From a virus: a stretch of DNA of 64,000 nucleotides. A program made the position numbers and the translations under genes. The notes under the pieces are model-generated. The model was given only the letters and a program-made list of their open reading frames with translations, did no database searches and was not told the origin of the DNA. The stretch spans positions 66,482 through 130,481 of the IMG/VR virus record IMGVR_UViG_3300027769_001114; one strand, 5' to 3'. Of this stretch, positions 55,239-63,100 are shown one piece after another; positions within the stretch are counted from its first letter, which is position 1; the number at the start of each line of letters is the position of its first letter.

Positions 55239-55666
55239 TGCCGGCGGATCGGAGGAGGGAAGTCCTCAATGAAGCGTCCTCGCTCGTCAACGGCGATAGG
55301 AACGAGACCTACGGTGACCCCTACGACGACTACATGAAGGTCTCGAAGATGTGGAACGCCTACCTCGAGGGGCTGATGAAGCGTAGGGGGATCAGCGTGT
55401 CGCCTGCGCTGACTGACCTCATTGAGCCGCACGATGCCATCGCAATGATGGTGCTGCTGAAGACGGCCCGCATCGCCAATGCGCCGGGACATCGAGACAA
55501 CTGGGTCGACCTCGCCGGCTATGCAGCCTGCGGATGGGATGCCTATGGAGGGCCAGGTGCGCAGTCACGGGCGGCGGACAACGCAGAGCCGCCACGCGGA
55601 TCGAGGAATCCGTATGACATTCGAGAGGCAGTGGCAGCTTGGCGCAAAGAGAACGGGCCTGGCTGA
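55238..55666 (+). CDS. DUF6378-like phage protein
   Basis: L.EA..LVNGDR...YG.P......MW..YL, MMVLLK.AR, H.DNWVDLAGYAA. Confidence 0.75.
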   Translation: MPADRRREVLNEASSLVNGDRNETYGDPYDDYMKVSKMWNAYLEGLMKRRGISVSPALTDLIEPHDAIAMMVLLKTARIANAPGHRDNWVDLAGYAACGWDAYGGPGAQSRAADNAEPPRGSRNPYDIREAVAAWRKENGPG

Positions 55667-55872
55667 TGGGCTGCACGAGCGACGTCGTCCGGGCTGCGGC
55701 CGGGATCGTCGAGTCCGGGTCTCCGGTGACAGTCGAGGGCATCTCGAAGTCCTGGGGCCGGAGCTATGGGTCGACGCAGCGCATGGTAAGGCATGCCGTG
55801 ACTCTCGGATGGCTCGAGGAGTCGACGTATGCCCCCACCCCCGCCGGCCTCGAAGCGTGCGGCCGCATCTGA
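55666..55872 (+). CDS. small winged-helix-like protein
   Basis: TV..IS...GRS..ST...V...V..GWL....PT.AG. Confidence 0.5.
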   Translation: MGCTSDVVRAAAGIVESGSPVTVEGISKSWGRSYGSTQRMVRHAVTLGWLEESTYAPTPAGLEACGRI

Positions 55873-55909
55873 CTCGGTGCTGCGCGGGCGGCTAGTAGCC
55901 TCTCAGGGC

Positions 55910-56491
55910 ATGAGCCCGCATCCCATCGACATGACGTACGGCGTCCTCGATGCGGCCAAGCAGACGAAGTCGGAATCGGTTCGCTCGATGGGCGTCGGCA
56001 CCGATGTGCTGCCGTGCGTGTTCTGCTTCGATGACACCGGGGTCGTCGAGTCCTATGCGATCCTGATTGAGAACGATTCGTCAAGGACGCTCAACATCGC
56101 TCTCCTCGAGGCCGTAGCGGTGATGCGCCGGTCATGGGGCTGCCACGCCGTGGTATGGGCACACGAGTCCTACACGGCCCCTCCGAGCGACGATACGAGG
56201 ACGTTAGTCGAACGCTTCCCCACCGACCCGGAGGTCGAGGAGTGCATCACCCTGCTGTGCGTGACGATCGAGGGCGATGCTGCCTATGTGGTGCAGCCCT
56301 ACAAGGTGGGCGTCGGCCGGCGCATCGAATGGGCCGAACCCCGGGTGGGCGTCGGGTTCTCGACGGAGCATGAGCTTGCCGATGTGGCCCACCGGATACT
56401 GAGGCAGACCGAGGTGGACAGGTATGCCCTGCCGCACGAGGGCATCACCGCCTTGGGTGAGCTCGGCTTCATGGCGACAGACAACGGCTAG
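55910..56491 (+). CDS. hypothetical protein
   Basis: 193-aa ORF with coding-like composition. Confidence 0.6.
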   Translation: MSPHPIDMTYGVLDAAKQTKSESVRSMGVGTDVLPCVFCFDDTGVVESYAILIENDSSRTLNIALLEAVAVMRRSWGCHAVVWAHESYTAPPSDDTRTLVERFPTDPEVEECITLLCVTIEGDAAYVVQPYKVGVGRRIEWAEPRVGVGFSTEHELADVAHRILRQTEVDRYALPHEGITALGELGFMATDNG

Positions 56492-56613
56492 TGGTCGTCG
56501 TCGTCCCTGCTGATGAGCGTGGGTGCGACGATCATGAGGAGGACACTGACGGCGATGAGGACTGCTGTCTCGAGCACGTCCCCACCGTACCCCCACGGCC
56601 CACTCTCGTGGCC

Positions 56614-56973
56614 TCAGGTGCGTTGGGTGAGTGTCTCTAGGAGTGCCGTCTTGAACTCCTCCCCCAAGCCCGCACGGATCGCCGTGAGGTACTCGTGCCT
56701 CTGTTCGTCGGTCGCCTCCTCGTCCATCCAACGGTCAATGATCGCACTCGCCTGCTCCTCAACGATGACGGCTTCCATGCGTGCGTCCTCCGCCTTCTGC
56801 TCCTCATAGAGGTCGCAACGGTGGGCGATCTTGATGGTCTTCATGACCCACCCGTTCTCGTTCTTGATGTGCGCACCCTCCATGGGGGTGAGATACCACT
56901 TGCCCGCCTTGCTCTGCGCCCACTTCAGGTCAGGGCATCCGCACTTCTTGCATGTGATCGGCTTCTTCTCCAT
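56614..56973 (-). CDS. cassette protein with Zn-binding motif
   Basis: CKKCG...W..SK.GKWY...H.C; conserved RBS element. Confidence 0.75.
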   Translation of the reverse strand: MEKKPITCKKCGCPDLKWAQSKAGKWYLTPMEGAHIKNENGWVMKTIKIAHRCDLYEEQKAEDARMEAVIVEEQASAIIDRWMDEEATDEQRHEYLTAIRAGLGEEFKTALLETLTQRT

Positions 56974-56997
56974 AGCGACCTCCTTGGTCATGTCTCA

Positions 56998-57037
56998 TTG
57001 ACAGACATACCATACCTCAAGGGTGTGACAAAGTCAA
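56998..57037 (-). promoter_or_regulatory. class A promoter unit
   Basis: TTGACT-17-TATGGT-5-TGTCAA. Confidence 0.75.
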
Positions 57038-57068
57038 GTCATTGTTTGACACGGGTGATCACGGGGTG

Positions 57069-57141
57069 CGCCCTCGGCAGGAATCGGACCTGCGACCTGC
57101 GGTTTAGGAAACCGACGCTCTATCCACTGAGCTACGAAGGC
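57069..57141 (-). tRNA. tRNA-Arg(CCU)
   Basis: GCCTTCG/CGAGGGC acceptor, GCTC-AGTGGATA-GAGC D arm, anticodon loop TTCCTAA, GCAGG-TCCGATT-CCTGC T arm; no encoded CCA. Confidence 0.9.
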
Positions 57142-57445
57142 ATGGCATCGAATGGTAGGGCCTCGACGGATGCGACGTCAAGCCGGAAGCAGGGCCAAAG
57201 CTGAGTGGCGGCCGGTGACCGGAGGTGGGGATGCGTGACCCCCGGGGATAGCATCGACCATCAGCTGCCTCGATGTCTCGATGGCGCAGCCTCTGAGCAG
57301 GGGCGATGCCGGGCGTCAGCTGTCAAGGCCGGAGCTGCTCGACTCCGGGGCCGAAGGGGCGAAGAGTCACGGCAGAAAAGTGTCGCGCGAGCCTCCAGAA
57401 CGGGTGTGGATACAAGGGGGGAGCGAAAACGGATCTCCGCGCGCG

Positions 57446-57934
57446 TTACTCCGATTCGGGGGTTCCGATTCCCGAGTGCCGTTCAGCCTCAGGTCGGTCG
57501 GCTCCGAGGTATCGCATCATCGTCTTCGTGAAGTACGGGTTCGTCGTCGTCGTCTCAAACCAGGTCGTGTAGCCGTCGTGGGGGTCGTTGGACGTCGTAA
57601 CTCTCGTCGTGTGCGTGGCGGCCTTGATCGTCGTCGTACGAGTGTTCGCAGTACGGGACGGTGGGCGGTGCTCGGACCAAGGTCCAAGCACCTGATCGGC
57701 TCGAAGTGCCCAGGCCCACTGAACGTGGTCCATCCAGGCACCAGTGTCGTGCGGACCATCGCCGGAGTTGGCAAGGCCCGGCGCAAAAATGAACCTTGGC
57801 GTACCGCCAATGTTGAGACATAGATACGGTTCGGGGGTGTCGATCCCGGGATGCGAACTGTTGTTGACTGCGTAGAGACGGCCGGCTCGTATTTCCATGT
57901 GCAGGACCTTAGGCGCTGCTGAAAGTTTCGTCAA
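57446..57934 (-). CDS. hypothetical protein
   Basis: Coupled to upstream gene. Confidence 0.45.
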   Translation of the reverse strand: MTKLSAAPKVLHMEIRAGRLYAVNNSSHPGIDTPEPYLCLNIGGTPRFIFAPGLANSGDGPHDTGAWMDHVQWAWALRADQVLGPWSEHRPPSRTANTRTTTIKAATHTTRVTTSNDPHDGYTTWFETTTTNPYFTKTMMRYLGADRPEAERHSGIGTPESE

Positions 57935-58698
57935 GTTGCGGAGAGTTCGCTCATCGTTTTCCCGGCGAAACGCTTGTTCGCAACAGGGAGGTTGTTTGCA
58001 ACGATGCCGATTTTCGTTGTTGGAGCGGTGACGGCGAGGAGGTCGTTGTCCTCTTGGTCGTAGTAGTTTGCCTCAGCGAGTGCCGTTGCCGTGGGGAAGA
58101 CATCGGCATGCCTGTCGGTATCCCTGTCAATGAGGTGATCTTGCTTACCGCCATATGAGTAGACGACCCGGAGATTGGGGGGCATTTTTGATTTTTTTTC
58201 TTTTAGCAGCACAACTTCCTTGGTGTAGGCGTAGAAGAGGACATCAGGGGCGGAGACGGCAATCCTGAACCATCTGTCAAGATAGTCGGCTGAGAAGAAG
58301 TCCCCGGCGTCGTGGATGCGAACCGCTTTGCCGCCCCGTGTTATCCAATCAGATAACACTTCGTCCGTTGGATCGTGGTCAAGGTTGAGTGGGGTGCCTG
58401 TCGGCCTCATGCGTTTGTGGGCGACCTCGGCGGTTATCTGTGCCTCCCAGGCGTCGCCGTCTTGGAGGACATACTCGAGGTTTTGTAGATGCCTCTTCCT
58501 GACATTGGAGAAGGTGTACGTCCCCATCTTGGCGTAGCACACCCGCCCGCACGATCCTGCGTTCGGGCAGGTGTTAAACCACGAGCCGTCGGTGAGTTTG
58601 AGAGTGTGGGCCGGGAGCGTCCAGTTCCAGACGCCGACCTTCCTGAGTTCGCTGTTCTGTGTTAGTAGCCGTTGTGGTCTGACTGTGGGCGTTTCCAT
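57931..58698 (-). CDS. GP88-like Cys-motif protein
   Basis: TCPNAGSCGRVCYA, RIHDAGDF, FYAYTK, P.N....S. Confidence 0.72.
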   Translation of the reverse strand: METPTVRPQRLLTQNSELRKVGVWNWTLPAHTLKLTDGSWFNTCPNAGSCGRVCYAKMGTYTFSNVRKRHLQNLEYVLQDGDAWEAQITAEVAHKRMRPTGTPLNLDHDPTDEVLSDWITRGGKAVRIHDAGDFFSADYLDRWFRIAVSAPDVLFYAYTKEVVLLKEKKSKMPPNLRVVYSYGGKQDHLIDRDTDRHADVFPTATALAEANYYDQEDNDLLAVTAPTTKIGIVANNLPVANKRFAGKTMSELSAT

Positions 58699-58708
58699 GC
58701 CCGTAGTT

Positions 58709-59194
58709 CTAGCAGCGCGTTGCCCACGGTCGCCACCCGCACTTATTGCGTTCTTGGCTGTAGTTCCACATCGCAAGTCCAGAACGGAGGTTTGTCGCCG
58801 GATCAAAGAGGTCGTCACAGGTGTTGAGTGTTCCTTGTGCCTGAAGCCAGCCACTCGGGTTGTACTTGTTCTTCTTGCACCAATAACCGTTGATCTGAAT
58901 CAAACCCCTACTTCCGCCGTTGGGGTCGGTGCGATTGAACGACATCGGATTACACCTGGATTCTCGGTACATGACGAAACTCAACTTCTTCCATTGAGCC
59001 TCAGTCCAGCCAACAGAGATGGCGAGGTCGTGGTATTCCCCACACCTGCCATACATGAAGCGGGCGAGTTCCGTCCAGTTGACCTGCGAGTAGTCAATAG
59101 GGGGCGAGTTCTCGGCAGAGACGGATACCGGGCGGTCAACGAGGGGGGAAGCGAGTACCGCCAGGGCAACGGCTAGAACGGTCAGTCGACGCAT
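58709..59194 (-). CDS. secreted lytic transglycosylase/lysozyme-like protein
   Basis: Signal peptide; MYRESRC, GLIQIN, DLFDP.TNL, GW.PW. Confidence 0.8.
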   Translation of the reverse strand: MRRLTVLAVALAVLASPLVDRPVSVSAENSPPIDYSQVNWTELARFMYGRCGEYHDLAISVGWTEAQWKKLSFVMYRESRCNPMSFNRTDPNGGSRGLIQINGYWCKKNKYNPSGWLQAQGTLNTCDDLFDPATNLRSGLAMWNYSQERNKCGWRPWATRC

Positions 59195-59793
59195 GGCCTG
59201 CTCCACGGCTTGAATCCACAGCGACCTCGTTCGTCAAGGTCGCTGTACAGTTTCCAGGCGAACTCAAGGTTCTTGAGAGGGTCAACCATCGCGTCCATCT
59301 CGCCGTATAACTGGCTGACGAAATCCTTGTGAGTGAAGCCGTTGATCTGCATCAAGCCCCAATCGGAGTGATTCCAGAGGTCGGCGTAGTCCTCGCCCCA
59401 TGCGTCGGTTCGTTCGCCAGACCAATGTTCCGGGTATGCGCTGGGCGGACCGAGTGGGAGACATCGAGATTCGCTGTACATCTCGTCAAGGACGTCGGGA
59501 ATGAGATCCAACGGCCAACCTGCTTGTGCAGCGGTGCGGAACCACTGCGAACAGGGCTTCCACTCAAGGCTGAGGTAGATGGCTTCTGCCTCACCGACAG
59601 GGTCGGGAAGGGTTGTGGTTGTGGTTGTGGTTTCCGGAACAACGATTGTCGTCGTGGTTGTTTCGGGGGTGCTGACAACCGTAGTTGTTGTGCTGGGGGC
59701 TGGTGCCATCCCGTTGGCTGTGTAGCCGATTGAGATGACGAGGGCGACGGTTGCCGCCCCAATGGCGTAGCCAAAGGCTTTTTGCTTGCGCAT
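59182..59793 (-). CDS. secreted lytic transglycosylase/lysozyme-like protein with Thr-rich linker
   Basis: Signal/TM; MYSESRC, DWGLMQIN, DP.KNL..A, GF.PW. Confidence 0.8.
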   Translation of the reverse strand: MRKQKAFGYAIGAATVALVISIGYTANGMAPAPSTTTTVVSTPETTTTTIVVPETTTTTTTLPDPVGEAEAIYLSLEWKPCSQWFRTAAQAGWPLDLIPDVLDEMYSESRCLPLGPPSAYPEHWSGERTDAWGEDYADLWNHSDWGLMQINGFTHKDFVSQLYGEMDAMVDPLKNLEFAWKLYSDLDERGRCGFKPWSRPCVD

Positions 59794-59994
59794 GGTGTTT
59801 CTCCTTCTGGTTGTTGCGCGGTCAGTGGGGTTCTATGGGGTGGCTTGCTTGCGCTTGCCGGCCTTAGTGGCCCTTCTTGCCGTCGTGTCCCTCCTGAGAC
59901 ACTCCAGTTGGCAAATCGGAGTCCATCATCCCGTTGTCCTTCCCGTTCTTTTCACGGGGGTCGGCGGGGGTCTCCGTCGTTTGTTGTTAGGAAG

Positions 59995-60023
59995 ACCTTA
60001 GCGACTTCCAAGAGGCATTTCAA
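59995..60023 (-). promoter_or_regulatory. sigma70-type promoter candidate for the transglycosylase operon
   Basis: TTGAAA-17-TAAGGT. Confidence 0.45.
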
Positions 60024-60031
60024 GCACTAAG

Positions 60032-60069
60032 TTTGCCGTCAATGCCATTTGGGGTATTTGCCGTCAATG
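60032..60069. repeat. 13-bp direct repeat in divergent intergenic region
   Basis: TTTGCCGTCAATG at 60032 and 60057. Confidence 0.8.
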
Positions 60070-60135
60070 TTGCGGTCACAGAAGCCCTAGTGGGGGTATG
60101 TTTTCATAGGTATCACTGACCAAAGGAAAAGTTTC

Positions 60136-63100
60136 GTGGCTGATCTCAGTTTCAAGACAATGGGGGGACAAGTTGGCGTCGACGATGCCCTTGGCATAGT
60201 TGAGTGTTTTGTTGCTGCAATCGGCAATAAGGACAGCGTGGGAGACATCATCATCCCCGGTGCTTTCAATAAGTCGCTAAAGCGCAGGAAACCCCGTGTT
60301 GTATGGGGACACGACTGGAATCAGCCCATCGGCAAGGTCATTGACATCTTTGAGGTCAGCCCAAGTGACCCCAGGCTTCCCATGAAAATGAAGCAGGCTG
60401 GCGTGGGTGCGGTTTATGCCCGCGTGCAACTGAACCTCAAGTCAGAACGTGGTCGTGAAGCCTTTTCGTTCGTGCAGTTCTTCGGCGAGGAGCAGGAATG
60501 GTCAATCGGCTACAAGACACTTGACGCCGTATTTGACCCCAAGCTTCAAGCCAACATCCTCAAGGAACTTGAACTCTACGAAGTCTCACCCGTGCTACAC
60601 GGCGCAAACCAACTGACCTCCACTTTGTCCGTGAAAAATGACAAGGGTGGCGATATGCGCACCGATATGCCCATGGTTGAGGGTAGGCCAATCCTTGATG
60701 CCGAGGAATCCGATCTCAGGGATTCTTTACTCAGGATTGTCTCCACTCATGGACGTTTCAATGAGGACTCTCAAGGAGTCTGGGCTGCTTACACCCCCGC
60801 CGACGAGAACGAAGTTGCCTCAATCGGTGTCAAGTGCTCAAACTGCGTTTTCTATAACGCAGACGGCTCGTGCGACATCATTGCCATGGACATCGAGCCA
60901 GGCGGGAAATGCCGTTTCGCGGTCATCCCCAAGGGCGTTGTTGATGTTGATGTTGACGATGACGATGACGACTTGAAAATGTGGCTTCCTTCTGGTGACT
61001 CCGAAGAGAGGGTGAAGTTTCTTGAGGACGATGACGAATACGAGGAGAGCAAGGCAGCACCCGGTGCAGATGCCCTGAATCAGATTGCCAACATTGTCGG
61101 TGTTGATGCTCCACAGGAAAATGTCACCGGTGATATTGCTAGGGGTTACGGCCCGCGTAGAGGAAACCTTGAAAGGTTGCTCCGTTACTGGCGTCCAATC
61201 ATGAAGAAGCCAGGCGGGTTTCGTAGGTGTCGCGTCATTCTCGCCGACCACCCCGAGTTGTACCCGTTAGAGAACATCTGCGCCTGGTTGCATCACGAGA
61301 CGACCGGATTATGGCCAAACGAAGGGTGTCATCACCCCGGGATGAAGAACTGCAAGAAGAAGTTGAAGAAGGGTAAGCGTGTGATTCAGGGATCGCTTTT
61401 CAGTGATGCCGAGTTCAACAACAACCTCAACAATCGTTTTGGCAAGTCGTATGGCAATCCCTACGACGAAGAGGGCGATGACGACGAGGAGATGAAGGGT
61501 TTCATGCTGGCCTTGAAAGACTTCATGGGAGAAGAGCCAGAGTTCACTGATTTCCTGAGGGACGACGACAACTGGGAGTCCGAGGGTGAAGATGAGGAAG
61601 GAATGAGCATGGTCATGCCTTACGCAAAGAAGCCTGGTTGCGGTTGCGGTTGCGGTGGCTTGAAGTCGGCGCTTGACGACGACCTATTCGGCATCAAGGC
61701 AGGACGCGTCTTGTCGTCCAGCAACATTGCCAAACTCAAGCAAGCGGCCGAACTTATCAACGACGTGATCACAATCGGTGAGGTTCAGTTCAAGGGCGCG
61801 GCGTTTGTACTGTCCGTTGAGGACGCGAGTGACCTCGTGTCGCATATTGCTCCTGTTGTCAGCAACTATGACCTCTCCGTCTCGGTAAAGTCACAGACTG
61901 TGACGATTAACGAGAAGAACATGACCGCCGACGCCGCAACGGCCATTGACAACGCCATTAGTTCGTACACCGAGTGGGTCGACGAGGACGGCTATTCCGT
62001 CAAGGGACTTGGTGGCATGGACCCCAAAGCCCGCGACGCAGACGGCGATGGCATGGTCCAGGACAACACGGTCTACCAACGGCCTGCTGGCCCAAAGAAG
62101 CTCGTGAGTGCGGCTGTTTCGGGCGTAAATGCCATGAAGGAGAAGTACAAAAAAGAGTCAATGAAGAAACTCAAGGACAACGAACCGACAACCGTGGACG
62201 AGATGTTTGGCGTATCCGGGACATTGCGAGGTGCGTTTGACAAGTTGTTCTCGCCAGCCGTGAAGATCTCAGGCAGCAAGCACACGGGCGGCATTGGCCC
62301 CAACAACTACTTGCCACGACATGACGGCATGACGGGAAAGCCAATCAAACAACACGTGTCGGACAACGGAAAAGGAAAGTTCAGCGTCTGGTCTGAGTTA
62401 TGGAACGCCGTCCGAAAGCCGTATACCGGTTCGTCCGATGACAAGAAGTTCCATGCGGACGACCTGATGCTCGACGATGTCGGCAGGAGGGACTTCATTG
62501 AGCAGGCCCTCCGCCAGGCAATGGAACTAAGAGAAGCGTACGGAACAATATGGGACAAAAAACCATCAAACACCATCACTGGGGCCAGGGCACGGGAGAT
62601 AATCAAGTCGCAAACGAAAGCCAACCCCCCATTTGACCCTGAGTTCAGCAGGGGCGTAGAGAAGGCTTCGCCTCAGGAGATCATGTCGGCAATGATCGCA
62701 ATGTGGGAGAGTATGGCCTTAAACGCTTATTCGGCACACAATCACATCAGCCAGTTCCAAGCAGAAAAACTTGGTACCCCCGATGTGGATTCATTGGCTG
62801 ACGATGTCAAGTCAGAGGTTAAGAAACTAATCAAGGAACGAGAAGCGGCCGCCGACAACATGTATAAGTGGTTCAAGAAATCACAGGACATCAAGCTGAG
62901 ATGGTACGAAAAAGTGGACTTTCTACGAGCCGCTACCAAGTTCGCAGAACAGACAAAAGAGATTGAAGCCCGCATTGCCTCAATCATGAAGTCATCCGGC
63001 AAGAAGTCGTTAGCCGTCGACGGTGTAACCGTCAAGCAGCACGGCGAGTGGATTGCCCCGGTCGTCTCGTACCACGGCATCGGATATACGGTCAAGGGCG

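Noticed and set aside
25991-56990. Repeated GACCAAGGAGGTC units as a CRISPR array
   Set aside because: Copies are hundreds to thousands of bp apart, on both strands, each directly before an ATG; no 30-40 bp spacers and no cas genes
30357-56991. MTKEV[TA]M N-terminal peptide shared by many ORF-track proteins
   Set aside because: It is the in-frame translation of the RBS element (ATG ACC AAG GAG GTC); many copies have ACG instead of ATG, so the downstream ATG was taken as the start
25538-57037. Classical integron with attC sites
   Set aside because: No tyrosine recombinase recognised, no RYYYAAC/GTTRRRY ends, cassettes carry their own promoters and are in both orientations
57040-57141. tRNA as prophage attachment site
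   Set aside because: No duplicated tRNA 3' end and no integrase seen; phage-like genes continue on both sides
57142-57445. Structured ncRNA upstream of the tRNA
   Set aside because: GC-rich with possible hairpins, but no recognisable family or convincing long stems by eye
59794-59994. c-di-AMP (ydaO) riboswitch
   Set aside because: Context fits, but the conserved GCTGAATCC and GTCAGCTAAC-like segments are absent
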